From positions 60,067-124,066 of the forward strand of contig CAXGUD010000008.1 in assembly GCA_964012805.1 (NCBI GenBank): a stretch of DNA of 64,000 nucleotides, written 5' to 3'. Origin of the DNA: an uncultured Bacteriovoracaceae bacterium (GTDB lineage Bacteria > Bdellovibrionota > Bacteriovoracia > Bacteriovoracales > Bacteriovoracaceae). Within the stretch, counting starts at the first letter, position 1, and each line of letters opens with the position of its first letter. Both the position numbers and the translations under genes were made by a program. The notes below the pieces were generated by a model that had not been told where the DNA came from, did not search any database, and saw nothing but the letters and a program-made list of their open reading frames with translations. Shown here piece by piece: positions 28,482-38,284 of this stretch.

Positions 28482-29306
28482 TTAATCCTCACTGCCAATC
28501 TTTTTGATTGCATCTGCAAGAAGCGAGCTAAAGAAGTTCATAACTTTTAAAGCCTGTTCTTTAATGTCTTCGTGTTTGAGAGTTTCGTCTTTAATTCCTG
28601 CAGCCATATTTGTTATGCAGGAAAGCCCACCTACCTTGACCCCAAAGTGATTTGCTGCAATTGACTCAGGTACGGTACTCATACCAACCATGTCTGCACC
28701 AAGAATCCTGAGCATTTTAATTTCTGATGGCGTTTCGTAAGTTGGGCCAAGTAAGCCAGCATAGACTCCAGATTTTAAATTTGAGCCCATATCTCTAGCA
28801 GACTCAAGGAAAGCTTTTTTAATATCAGGATGATAGGCGTGTGACATATCAGGAAACCTTGGCCCTAATTCTGATTTGTTAGGTCCAATAAGAGGGTTTC
28901 TGCCAGTTAGATTTATATGGTCATCAATCAATATAATGTCACCAGGGTTATAATCCAGGTTTATTCCGCCAGCAGCATTTGTAAGAATTAGGTTCTCTAT
29001 TCCTAAGGTTGCAAGAACTCTAGTGGAAAAGACAACTTCTTCCATGCTATAGCCTTCATAAGCATGGATTCTACCCTGAAGAACCGCTATTTCAACTTCT
29101 TCAATATTACCCAATATAAGGCGACCCTCGTGACCCTCTACATTTGGGCTTTTGAAATTAGGAACCTCTGAGTATGGAATAACCTTTGGGTTTTCAATTT
29201 TATCTACAAAAGCACCTAAACCTGAGCCCAGAACAACTCCTACCTTAGGAGAAGTTGAACTAAGTGATTGGATATATTTAGCTGATTGTTCTAATTTTTC
29301 ATACAT
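28482..29306 (-). CDS. punA: purine nucleoside phosphorylase (trimeric type)
   Basis: VLGSGLG, GHEGRL, GRIHAYEG, TNAAGG, GPTYETPSE, VGMSTVPE; ATG at 29306 overlaps the pdp stop (TAATG). Confidence 0.93.
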   Translation of the reverse strand: MYEKLEQSAKYIQSLSSTSPKVGVVLGSGLGAFVDKIENPKVIPYSEVPNFKSPNVEGHEGRLILGNIEEVEIAVLQGRIHAYEGYSMEEVVFSTRVLATLGIENLILTNAAGGINLDYNPGDIILIDDHINLTGRNPLIGPNKSELGPRFPDMSHAYHPDIKKAFLESARDMGSNLKSGVYAGLLGPTYETPSEIKMLRILGADMVGMSTVPESIAANHFGVKVGGLSCITNMAAGIKDETLKHEDIKEQALKVMNFFSSLLADAIKKIGSED

Positions 29307-30706
29307 TAGTTGTGGCTCCACTTAACAGAGGTTTCGTATATAAGAGGACGTTTTTTGAGAGGAACTTTGGGCTTTATTTTAATATCTTGTTGAGCAAGTT
29401 CTTCTTTAAGGGTGTTCGCGAGTTCGCTTTGAGTTTCATGGTGGTAAATTGTGAGGATTGGCTCTCCAGCTTTAACTTTGTCACCTATTTTTTTGTGAAA
29501 TATAAAACCTACACTTGGGTCTACCAAGTCTTCCTTTACCAACCTGCCTCCTCCTAACTTTACACAATGGAGGCCAATTTTTTTTGTATCCATTGAGTGG
29601 ATGTAGCCACTCTTCATGGAGAGAACCTCTGTTCTCTGGGTAGCAAGATTAAACTTTGAGTAATCTTCTACAAAGGAGGCATCGCCTCCCTGTGTTTTTA
29701 AAAGGTCGACAAACTTTTTTAATGCAGATCCATCTTTGAGTGCATTTTTGGCCATTTTTATTCCGGCTTTGTGTGTTTTAGCTAGCCCCGCAATATGAAT
29801 CATACCTCCTGCTAATTCTAAAGAGACTTTTGTTAGGTCTTTAGGGCCATTTCCTTTTAAAGTTTCAATACTTTCTATTATTTCAAGGCTATTACCGACG
29901 GCCATGCCCAGAGGTTCTGACATGTCTGTAATCATAGTCATAATATTTTTGTTAAACCTCAGTGCAGTATCTTGAAGGCTTTTGGCCAGCTTGCGGGCCT
30001 TGCCAAGGGTCGTTAGGAAGGCGCCTTGACCTGTCTTAATGTCCATAACGATGCCACTGGCTCCTTCTGCTAGTTTTTTGCTCATGATGGAAGCTGTTAT
30101 AAGGGGGATGCAATCTATTGTTGCTGTTACATCTCTAAGCCCATAAATGATTTTGTCTGCTGGAGCAATGTCTTGGGTTTGCCCCATGAGAACAAGGTTA
30201 TTAGCTTCAAGGATTTTTTTAAACTCATCAATAGATAAACTAGTTTTAAAGCCTGGAATAGACTCAATCTTATCAGTTGTTCCCCCTGTGTGGCCTAAGC
30301 CTCTCCCAGAGATCATAGGAACTTTAACTCCACAAGCTGCTGCAATTGGTGCGAGGATAAAAGAGGTCTTGTCTCCAACTCCTCCCGTAGAGTGCTTGTC
30401 TATGACCCTTTGTTCGGGAAAGTTTAAAACTTTTCCTGAATAAAGCATGGCATCTGTAAGTGCACTTGTTTCGTCTGTATTGAAACCGTTAATATGAATT
30501 GCCATTAGAAGTGCAGTCATTTGGTAATCTGCAACCTCGCCGGATAGCAAGCCATTAATGAACCATTTAATTTCCTGAGAGGAAAGTTGCTTACCTTGAC
30601 TTTTTTTTTGGAGTATCGTGTAAGCAGAAAAGTCTAATTGACTTGCTTTTTGTTCTTCTATTTTATTTTTTGAAGACGGTTTTTTTTTAACCTGATTTTC
30701 TAACAT
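29306..30706 (-). CDS. pdp: pyrimidine-nucleoside/thymidine phosphorylase
   Basis: DKHSTGGVGDK, SGRGLGHTGGT, APADK, SIMSKKLAEG. Confidence 0.93.
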   Translation of the reverse strand: MLENQVKKKPSSKNKIEEQKASQLDFSAYTILQKKSQGKQLSSQEIKWFINGLLSGEVADYQMTALLMAIHINGFNTDETSALTDAMLYSGKVLNFPEQRVIDKHSTGGVGDKTSFILAPIAAACGVKVPMISGRGLGHTGGTTDKIESIPGFKTSLSIDEFKKILEANNLVLMGQTQDIAPADKIIYGLRDVTATIDCIPLITASIMSKKLAEGASGIVMDIKTGQGAFLTTLGKARKLAKSLQDTALRFNKNIMTMITDMSEPLGMAVGNSLEIIESIETLKGNGPKDLTKVSLELAGGMIHIAGLAKTHKAGIKMAKNALKDGSALKKFVDLLKTQGGDASFVEDYSKFNLATQRTEVLSMKSGYIHSMDTKKIGLHCVKLGGGRLVKEDLVDPSVGFIFHKKIGDKVKAGEPILTIYHHETQSELANTLKEELAQQDIKIKPKVPLKKRPLIYETSVKWSHN

Positions 30707-30874
30707 AAAGTTTACCTGTTTTAACCAATTGGATCAAAGCCTTCCGTCACAATGCCCAATGCTTTTAAAAAGGTCCACCATGATATTCTTAATTCTGATG
30801 AGTTGTAAATATGAAATGACTTTAATAAGCTATTACTTTCAGGAAGATAGGAAACAATTAAAAATATTGAGGTA

Positions 30875-31333
30875 ATGGTCATGAACAAACTTTGGCAGAA
30901 AATGTGGAGAATGACGTTTTGTTTTTTTATTTTTTGCTCCTTTCTGCTACCTAACTCTAATCAAGGGTTTGCTCAGGAAGGTGGCAGCACGGGTGTTTTA
31001 GGAGATTCTTTAAGGGACCTTTATACGGTAGCAGGAGTTGGAGTTGCAGGGTCAGTCTTGGGACTTTCCACGCTTTCATTTGTGGAGGAGCCAGGAGAAA
31101 ACTTAAAAAATATTGTTACGGGAGGGGCTATCGGAATTATTTTAGGGGTTGGAGTCGTCGCTTGGAAACATGCATCAAGAAGTAAAGACGCATATGATAC
31201 ATCGGAAACTAAAAGTCCTGATAACCCTATTAAGAAAGACTTCTTCGCTGGAAGTGAGCTTTTTTCTAAGTCAAATACTAAAAAAGGTCTTGCTAGTTTA
31301 GCTCCTATGGTTCGGTATAATATTCACTTTTAA
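30875..31333 (+). CDS. secreted/membrane protein with Gly-rich hydrophobic hairpin
   Basis: Signal peptide (GFA-QE); two Gly-rich helices GVGVAGSVLGLSTLSF and GGAIGIILGVGV. Confidence 0.75.
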   Translation: MVMNKLWQKMWRMTFCFFIFCSFLLPNSNQGFAQEGGSTGVLGDSLRDLYTVAGVGVAGSVLGLSTLSFVEEPGENLKNIVTGGAIGIILGVGVVAWKHASRSKDAYDTSETKSPDNPIKKDFFAGSELFSKSNTKKGLASLAPMVRYNIHF

Positions 31334-31488
31334 CGGACTTAAAAGTCCAAAAAATCATTGGCTTATAAACATATCATATTCCATTTAAAGAAAACTTTGT
31401 GTTGACCATTATCTTGATTTTAGGGGCTGGACATTATATGGATAAATGCCCAAATTTTAGGGGTAATGGATTTTTTTAGGAGGATGGT

Positions 31489-32724
31489 GTGCTGCAAGAA
31501 AGAATTGTTTCCTTTATAGGTTTACTTGTCATGGTTGGAATAGCTTACCTACTCAGCGACTCTAAGGAAAAAGTGAATAAAAAGACGATTCTAACTGGAA
31601 TTGGTTTACAACTTCTTTTTGGGTTTTTGATCCTTAAAACTCCTTGGGGAAAAAGTTCATTTGAATGGATTAAACAATTCTTTGTTCAAATTCTAGACTT
31701 TACTAACGCAGGTTCAGACTTTGTGTTTGGAGGCTTAAAGGATTTCCAGAAGGTCGGGTTTGTTTTTGCCACTTTTGTTCTTCCTACTATCATTTTCATG
31801 TCAGCATTAATGTCAGTTCTCTATCATATTGGGATCATGCAGCTTCTGATTAAGGGAGTTGCTTGGGTAATGGTACGTGTTATGGGGACCTCAGGAGCCG
31901 AATCTCTTGCCGCAGCCGCTAATATCTTTGCAGGTCAAACCGAAGCACCTCTGGTTGTTAAACCCTACCTTTCTAAAATGACAAGATCTGAGCTTATGGC
32001 CTTAATGACAGGAGGAATGGCTACTGTTGCTGGTGGTGTTCTTGCAGCTTACGTTGGAATGGGGATTGATGCAGGTCACCTTCTTGCTGCATCTGTTATG
32101 TCCGCGCCAGCTGCATTGGTTTGTGCTAAGTTGCTTGTTCCTGAAACCGAAAAGTCTGTAACCAAAGGCGATGTGAGTTTTCAATTGCCGAAAACATCGA
32201 CGAACATAATTGATGCTGCAGCGACAGGTGCCTCTGAAGGTTTGACCCTTGCTCTTAATGTTGCAGCGATGTTGCTTGCCTTTATAGCTTTAATAGCACT
32301 TTGCAATGGTGTTCTTGGCTGGGTAGGGAGTTGGGTTGGTTATCCTAATGTAACAATAGAATTTCTTTTAGGTTATTTATTTGCTCCAGTTGCCTGGCTA
32401 TTGGGAGTTCCCTGGAATTGGGATGAATGTTTGAAAGTTGGAACTTTGTTAGGTCAAAAGCTAGTTTTGAATGAGTTCGTTGCCTATACTGGGCTGCAAA
32501 AAATGATCAATACACCGGGTGGCCTTTCTGAAAGATCTATCAATATTAGTATTTATGCTCTTTGCGGTTTTGCAAATTTCAGTTCCATTGCTATACAGGT
32601 TGGTGGAATAGGTTCATTAGCTCCTGATAGAAGAAAAGAGTTTGCTAAACTTGGAATGAAGTGCCTCTTAGGTGGCACTCTTGCATGCTTGATGACTGCT
32701 TGTATTGCTGGGATAATGATCTAA
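31489..32724 (+). CDS. nupC: NupC/CNT-family nucleoside transporter
   Basis: [40 protein letters not shown]. Confidence 0.93.
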   Translation: MLQERIVSFIGLLVMVGIAYLLSDSKEKVNKKTILTGIGLQLLFGFLILKTPWGKSSFEWIKQFFVQILDFTNAGSDFVFGGLKDFQKVGFVFATFVLPTIIFMSALMSVLYHIGIMQLLIKGVAWVMVRVMGTSGAESLAAAANIFAGQTEAPLVVKPYLSKMTRSELMALMTGGMATVAGGVLAAYVGMGIDAGHLLAASVMSAPAALVCAKLLVPETEKSVTKGDVSFQLPKTSTNIIDAAATGASEGLTLALNVAAMLLAFIALIALCNGVLGWVGSWVGYPNVTIEFLLGYLFAPVAWLLGVPWNWDECLKVGTLLGQKLVLNEFVAYTGLQKMINTPGGLSERSINISIYALCGFANFSSIAIQVGGIGSLAPDRRKEFAKLGMKCLLGGTLACLMTACIAGIMI

Positions 32725-32785
32725 TAATATATGATATAAATCATTATTATATTTGATCCGTAACTTTAAAAAATTGAGAACCTAG

Positions 32786-34372
32786 ATGGGAAAAGAGCTA
32801 CTTTTAAATCAAACATTAAATGAGTGTAGAGCAGCTCTTTTGGATAGTGGAGAAATTCTTGACTACCTTATGGAAAGGCATAGGGAAAGTGTTGATAATC
32901 ATCCATCGGTGGGAAATATCTACAGAGGCAGAGTTTTAAGAGTCTTACCTGGCATGCAATCTGCTTTTGTCGATATAGGTTATGAAAAAGCAGCGTTTTT
33001 GTATGTGGATGATGCCTATATCCCTACTCTACAAGAGCAGAGGGAGATGGCCGAATTAAGTAAAAAGAATCTAGAGGAGGAAGGCTCTAACCAAATAGGC
33101 GAAATTATTCCTGACGAGTTAAGCACTCTGGGTGAATCCGTGAATATGAGGTTCAGGCCTGAGGCCGCAATAGAAACATTTCTAAAAGAAGGCCAAGAAA
33201 TTATTGTTCAAATAGCTAAGGAGCCGATTTCCACAAAGGGCCCTCGTATTACGAGACATATAACTCTTGCAGGTAGGCATGTGGTCTTTATGCCTTATAT
33301 TGAGCATACTGGCGTTTCTAGAAGAATTGAAAGTGAAGATGAAAGGGAAAGATTAAAAGAGATTCTTGATAATATAAGACCCGAGGGGAAAGGAATAATT
33401 GCAAGAACAGCAGCGGAGGGCCAAAGCTCCAAAACTCTTAGAGCTGATTTCAATATGTTGGTTAAAATCTGGAAAGAAGTTGGGAGGAAAGCTGAAAAGG
33501 CAAAAGCTCCTTACCTCGCTTATCAAGACTTAAACTTTATTCAAAGAGTTTTAAGAGATATTACTGATGAAGACGTCCATCAAATAGTTGTAGACACTAA
33601 AGATAACCTTAAAGAAGTTGAAAAATTTATATCAAAATTTCTTCCTTCCATGAGAGGTAAAACGAGGTTATATGAAGGAGATGCTCCTATCTTTGAGCAT
33701 TATGGGATAGACCTTGAAATTGAGCGAGGTCTTTCTAATAAAGTTTTCCTTCGCTCTGGAGGATCTTTAAATATAGATCAAACTGAAGCCCTAGTCTCTA
33801 TTGATGTAAATACAGGGAAGTACATAGGTAGAAAGACTCTCGAGGATACGATTCTCAAGACAAACTTGGAAGCTGTCAAAGAGATCGCTTATCAACTTCG
33901 CTTAAGAAACTGTGGTGGTATCATTATTATTGATTTCATCGATATGGAAAAAGAGGAGAATAGGTTTGCAGTATATTCTGCCCTTTTGGAAGCTTTAAAA
34001 AAAGACCGGGCCAAAACAAACGTTCTTCCTATCTCAGGTCTAGGCTTAGTGGAGATGACAAGAAAAAGGACGAGAGACACCTTAACAAGAGTTATGTGTG
34101 AACCTTGCCCTTATTGTGAAGGCACGGGAAGAGTAAAATCTACTCTTACTGTTTGTTACGAACTTATTAGAGAGTTAACAAAACTGCTTAGAAAAAATAA
34201 AAACTGTAAGAAAGTTTATATTTATGCGCATCCTGAAGTCACGGCAAGGCTCTGCGGTGATGACCTTGATATTATTGACACCTTGGAAGAGAGGTTTGGC
34301 ACAGCGTTAATAATCAGGTCTGAGAATAATTATCATGTTGAGCAATATGAAATCTTTTCGAGAGAATATTAG
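32786..34372 (+). CDS. rng: ribonuclease E/G family (RNase G-like)
   Basis: GNIYRGRVLRVLPGMQSAFVDIG, KEPISTKGPR, IDVNTG, GGIIIIDFIDM, CPYCEGTG. Confidence 0.93.
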   Translation: MGKELLLNQTLNECRAALLDSGEILDYLMERHRESVDNHPSVGNIYRGRVLRVLPGMQSAFVDIGYEKAAFLYVDDAYIPTLQEQREMAELSKKNLEEEGSNQIGEIIPDELSTLGESVNMRFRPEAAIETFLKEGQEIIVQIAKEPISTKGPRITRHITLAGRHVVFMPYIEHTGVSRRIESEDERERLKEILDNIRPEGKGIIARTAAEGQSSKTLRADFNMLVKIWKEVGRKAEKAKAPYLAYQDLNFIQRVLRDITDEDVHQIVVDTKDNLKEVEKFISKFLPSMRGKTRLYEGDAPIFEHYGIDLEIERGLSNKVFLRSGGSLNIDQTEALVSIDVNTGKYIGRKTLEDTILKTNLEAVKEIAYQLRLRNCGGIIIIDFIDMEKEENRFAVYSALLEALKKDRAKTNVLPISGLGLVEMTRKRTRDTLTRVMCEPCPYCEGTGRVKSTLTVCYELIRELTKLLRKNKNCKKVYIYAHPEVTARLCGDDLDIIDTLEERFGTALIIRSENNYHVEQYEIFSREY

Positions 34373-34481
34373 TCTTTTTTAACCCTTTATCCTTAGTTTT
34401 TGATTGCTGCTCCCTTTAAATCTGAGAAAAAGAATGCTAAGTTACACAGGCTATTTGCAAATTTAATGCTTAGCGTTGTAA

Positions 34482-34534
34482 TAACTCGCTCTTTCCTAAT
34501 AATGGGGAAGAGCTCAATTGTAAGCCAGGAGTTA
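34482..34534 (+). promoter_or_regulatory. S6:S18-type ribosomal protein leader RNA
   Basis: TAACTC (34482-87) pairs with GAGTTA (34529-34, overlapping the SD) and encloses hairpin GCTCTTTCC/GGGAAGAGC; unpaired CCA just 5' of the SD; directly upstream of rpsF. Confidence 0.7.
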
Positions 34535-34538
34535 AACC

Positions 34539-35174
34539 ATGATTTACGAATTGGCCTTAGTGGCGAAAGCTGAATTACCAGAGAATGAGTTAGAAGCTCT
34601 TTCAGAAATGGTAAAAGACGTCCTTAAAGAAGGATCTGGAGAACTTTTTATAGAAGATGATTGGGGTAAATTGAACCTCGGTCAACCAACTTCTAATGGA
34701 GTTCGAAGAGGTTTCTTTAAGTACTTTATTTTCAAATTGGATCCTCAGACAAACAAAGAGTTAAACAGAAGAATCCTCATTAACGAGGGTATTTTGAAGT
34801 CACTTCTTGTTAAGCTTGGGGAGACAAAGGAACAAGATCAAATTATCAAAGCTTATAAAACACCTTATTCTAAAAAGTATAAGGGTAGCGCAACTTCTCC
34901 TTCTAGTACTGAAGAAGGTCAAGGCGGAGGAGACCTCGAGAAAGATAAGAAAAGATTCGCTAGAAGAAAGTCTTGTTGGTTTACTGCTAAGAAAATTAAA
35001 GCAGATTGGAAAGATCCAACAACATACTCTTGGCTTATTAACGAATTTGGTAAAATCTCACCTGCACGAGTTACTGGTGTAAGCAGAAGACATCAAAGAA
35101 TTGTTAATAGAGCTATCAAAAGAGCAAGACAAATTGGTATGGTAAGTCACCTATCCAATAGATTAGCTGAATAG
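34539..35174 (+). CDS. rpsF-rpsR: fused 30S ribosomal proteins S6 (bS6) and S18 (bS18)
   Basis: N-terminal S6 (YELALV...DDWG...ELNRRILINEGILK), linker, then S18 (RRKSCWF...DWKD...EFGKISPARVTG...HQR...AIKRARQIG) in one ORF. Confidence 0.9.
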   Translation: MIYELALVAKAELPENELEALSEMVKDVLKEGSGELFIEDDWGKLNLGQPTSNGVRRGFFKYFIFKLDPQTNKELNRRILINEGILKSLLVKLGETKEQDQIIKAYKTPYSKKYKGSATSPSSTEEGQGGGDLEKDKKRFARRKSCWFTAKKIKADWKDPTTYSWLINEFGKISPARVTGVSRRHQRIVNRAIKRARQIGMVSHLSNRLAE

Positions 35175-35197
35175 TAATTAAGAGAGACTTATTTCAG

Positions 35198-36241
35198 ATG
35201 TCGATTGAAAAAGATAATACAGACGGAGTAGAGAATAAAGGAAACCCTAAGAAGTTGGAAAAGCTTTTTATTTTAGGTTTTTTCTCTGTTCTTTTAGCAG
35301 GAACACCATTGATTTCTCAAATTTTTGGTGCTTTTTTGCCCGTTCCGCTGTGCATGGTTTTCTTGATTTATGGAAAGAGAGCAGGGAGTCTTTTTGCTGC
35401 TGTAATAACAGCGGTTCTTCTTTTTCTACACTCTTCCACGAAGGTAACTATACCTCCTGTACCACTCATGTTGTATGGGCTGTGTTTTTCTCTCGTTATA
35501 GCTGAATTTGTTAATAGAAGAGTCCATCCTATCAGAGGGTTTCTTATAGGCGGTTTTTCACTGTTCGCAATATTGGCCTCATTTCTTTTTTTTAGCGAAT
35601 TCTTTACTGATTTTTCTATTAGAGGTGAAGTTGAAAAGAATGTGATGAACTTTGCTGAGAGTTTTAAGAAGGGGCCAGGCGCCGAGGCATTATCCCAAGG
35701 GGGAGAAGGTGCTAGGCGAATTCAAGATATCGTTGATAAACCTGAGGTCTACGTCAATGAAGTTATGAATTGGATTCCATCTGCTATCTTTGCGGTTTTT
35801 TTCCTTAGCTGGTGGACTAACTTCTATCTTGTTTTAAGAAATGATTCTGTTTGGCGTTCTTCTGGCGAGGATTATCCTTTTTCCCTTGATGAATTCGTAA
35901 AGTTTAGGGTGCCAGATTTCTGTATATGGATTTTGATTTTAGCATTGAGTCTGTTTCTTGGTGGCGAATATCTACTTGGTGAACGTGCTGTCGTAATTGG
36001 TATCAACCTGTTGATAGGAGCTGGTGTTTTTTATTTTTTCCAAGGGTTTGGGCTTCTAATGGACCTTTTAAAACATATGAAAATTGTTGGAATGGTTAGA
36101 ACGCTCATTTTCTTATCACTAATTCTCTTTGGAGTGCGGTCGGGATTTTTTTTAGCATTTCTAGGCGTTTTAGATAATTTCAAAGATTTTAGGAAATCTT
36201 TTAAAAAGAAAAATAATGAAGATGAAGGAGATAATTTATGA
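35198..36241 (+). CDS. DUF2232/YybS-family membrane protein
   Basis: Multi-TM; FRVPD..IW, YFFQG and LGVLDNFKDFRK motifs; usual position between rpsR and rplI. Confidence 0.82.
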   Translation: MSIEKDNTDGVENKGNPKKLEKLFILGFFSVLLAGTPLISQIFGAFLPVPLCMVFLIYGKRAGSLFAAVITAVLLFLHSSTKVTIPPVPLMLYGLCFSLVIAEFVNRRVHPIRGFLIGGFSLFAILASFLFFSEFFTDFSIRGEVEKNVMNFAESFKKGPGAEALSQGGEGARRIQDIVDKPEVYVNEVMNWIPSAIFAVFFLSWWTNFYLVLRNDSVWRSSGEDYPFSLDEFVKFRVPDFCIWILILALSLFLGGEYLLGERAVVIGINLLIGAGVFYFFQGFGLLMDLLKHMKIVGMVRTLIFLSLILFGVRSGFFLAFLGVLDNFKDFRKSFKKKNNEDEGDNL

Positions 36242-36846
36242 AGGTAATATTGGTTGAAAAAGTCCCAACGCTGGGAAATGTTGGGGAGATTGTGAATGTT
36301 TCCCAAGGGTATGGAAGAAACTTTTTGATTCCAAATAAAAAAGCCGTACTTGCTGATGATGCACACAAGTCGGAGTTGGAAAATAGCAAGAAAAGACTTA
36401 AAAAGAAGATGGAAGAAGAGATGAAAGAAGCTCTTGCCGTCAAAAAGAAGTTAAATGGTGTGAACCTTGAGTTGGTTAAAAAGGTTGGAGCATCAGGGAA
36501 GCTTTTTGGAACTGTTACAACAAGTGAACTTTCAAAGCACTTAGGTGAGAAGGGAATTGTTGTAGAAAGAAGAGTGCTTTCAGTTTCTGACCCTATTAAG
36601 AAAGTTGGTAGCTACACAGTTAAAGCTAAGCTTTTTACAGATATTGAGGCAGAGTTTTCTGTAAAAGTTGTTATGGATCCTAAGCAAGCTGAAGAGCTAA
36701 AAGCCAAACAAGAGAAAGCTAAGAAAGATGCTGAAAAGAAAAAAGAAGCTCAAGATGCTAAAGAAGAAAGCCCAAAAGAAGAAAGTAGAGAGCTAACTGA
36801 GGAAGAAAAGCTCAAAGCTGAAGCTGATAAAGTTTTAAGATCTTAA
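36238..36846 (+). CDS. rplI: 50S ribosomal protein L9
   Basis: MKVILVEKVPTLGNVGEIVNVSQGYGRNFLIP, GKLFGTVT; charged C-terminal extension. Confidence 0.96.
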   Translation: MKVILVEKVPTLGNVGEIVNVSQGYGRNFLIPNKKAVLADDAHKSELENSKKRLKKKMEEEMKEALAVKKKLNGVNLELVKKVGASGKLFGTVTTSELSKHLGEKGIVVERRVLSVSDPIKKVGSYTVKAKLFTDIEAEFSVKVVMDPKQAEELKAKQEKAKKDAEKKKEAQDAKEESPKEESRELTEEEKLKAEADKVLRS

Positions 36847-36883
36847 GTTTATTTTGATTTTCAAAAAATTAATTCAATAAAGG

Positions 36884-36921
36884 CGCCCACTTACCAAAGC
36901 CAGAGCTTTGGTAGGCGGGCG
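36884..36921 (+). promoter_or_regulatory. long hairpin between rplI and dnaB
   Basis: CGCCCACTTACCAAAGC-CAGA-GCTTTGGTAGGCGGGCG; 17-nt arms with one mismatch, ending 7 nt before the dnaB ATG. Confidence 0.65.
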
Positions 36922-36928
36922 AATTTGT

Positions 36929-38263
36929 ATGGAAGATAAGAGAGAGCTCCCTAGAAACACTTTAGCCGAGAAATCTTTAATAGGCTGCCTTATTATTGAT
37001 GGAAGGGTTTTTGATGAAATTACAGACTTTTCTTTGGAGAGAAGTGACTTTTACCATTCTGCTTATGGAATAATTTTTGAAAGTCTCAAAGAACTATCTG
37101 AAGAAAACAAGCCAATTGACTATATTACACTCTCTTCAAAGCTAGGTGAAATGGGACAATTGGAGGCCATTGGTGGAAATGCTTTTTTAGCAGAAATTTC
37201 CGAAGATGAAGCTTCCATTGCTAATGCTCCCTACTACGCTAAAGTTGTTAAAGAAAAATCCACTCTAAGAAAAATTATCCAGACGGCCATGAAAGTGTCC
37301 CAAGAAGGTCTTTCATACAGCGGTAAGGTGGAAGACTTTGTTCAAACTGTTGAGGCTCAATTTTTTGGATTGACCCAAGATTCTCGCGTAGAAGGAATGA
37401 AAAGGCTAAACTCCTGTTTGAAGGATAATTTAAAGGAGTTAGAAGATACTTCAAGAACTCCTGGTGAAATATCAGGACTTTCAACGGGCTACCCTAAGCT
37501 GGATTCCCTTTTATTAGGTATGCAGCCGGGTCAATTGATCGTATTAGCTGCAAGACCTGCCATGGGGAAAACCTCATTGGCCATGAATATTGCAATTAAT
37601 ACTTGTGAAGGTGCAGGCTTACCCGTTGCAGTTTTTTCTTTGGAGATGCTTGCATCTGAGCTAAGTATGAGACTCCTTACTGGTAAGGCCAAGGTTGACT
37701 CGAGAAGAATTAGGAAAAAAGAGTTCCTAGACAATGACCTGAGAAATATTGGAATGGCCATTAAAGAGCTTTCTTCTTTACCTATTTTTATCAATGATTC
37801 CGCAGTTTCTATTCTTGATGTCAAAAGTCATTGTCGACGGATAAAAGCTGAACATGGTTTAGGTCTAATTATCATTGACTACCTCCAACTTTTAAAATCC
37901 CATACGAATAACCCTTCTAGGGAGCAGCAGATTTCTGAGATGTCTAGGGGCTTAAAAGAATTGGCCAAGGAGTTAGAGTGTCCAGTCATTACTCTTTCTC
38001 AGTTAAATAGGGGTGTTGAAACAAGACCAGAAAAGCGGCCTAATGTTTCCGACCTCAGGGAATCAGGGGCAATTGAGCAAGATGCTGACATTGTAATGAT
38101 GGTGTATAGAGATGAGGTTTATAGACCTGACACTAAGGATAAAGGTATTGCAGAAATCATCGTTGGAAAAAATAGGTCTGGTGAGACAGGAACAGCAAAG
38201 TTGGCTTGGGTAGGTTCATACACAAGCTTCGAAAATCTGGCTTTTGAGCCCAAAGAGTTTTAA
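36929..38263 (+). CDS. dnaB: replicative DNA helicase
   Basis: LAARPAMGKTS, FSLEM, IIDYLQL, LSQLNRGVE, DLRESGAIEQDAD, KNRSG; probable ATG at 36929. Confidence 0.97.
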   Translation: MEDKRELPRNTLAEKSLIGCLIIDGRVFDEITDFSLERSDFYHSAYGIIFESLKELSEENKPIDYITLSSKLGEMGQLEAIGGNAFLAEISEDEASIANAPYYAKVVKEKSTLRKIIQTAMKVSQEGLSYSGKVEDFVQTVEAQFFGLTQDSRVEGMKRLNSCLKDNLKELEDTSRTPGEISGLSTGYPKLDSLLLGMQPGQLIVLAARPAMGKTSLAMNIAINTCEGAGLPVAVFSLEMLASELSMRLLTGKAKVDSRRIRKKEFLDNDLRNIGMAIKELSSLPIFINDSAVSILDVKSHCRRIKAEHGLGLIIIDYLQLLKSHTNNPSREQQISEMSRGLKELAKELECPVITLSQLNRGVETRPEKRPNVSDLRESGAIEQDADIVMMVYRDEVYRPDTKDKGIAEIIVGKNRSGETGTAKLAWVGSYTSFENLAFEPKEF

Positions 38264-38284
38264 AAAGCTTTAAGGAAAGTTATT

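Noticed and set aside
34807..35082. Alternative-frame 91-aa ORF inside the S6-S18 gene, considered as a separate rpsR or frameshift product
   Set aside because: All S18 motifs are in the same frame as S6, and this ORF resembles nothing known.
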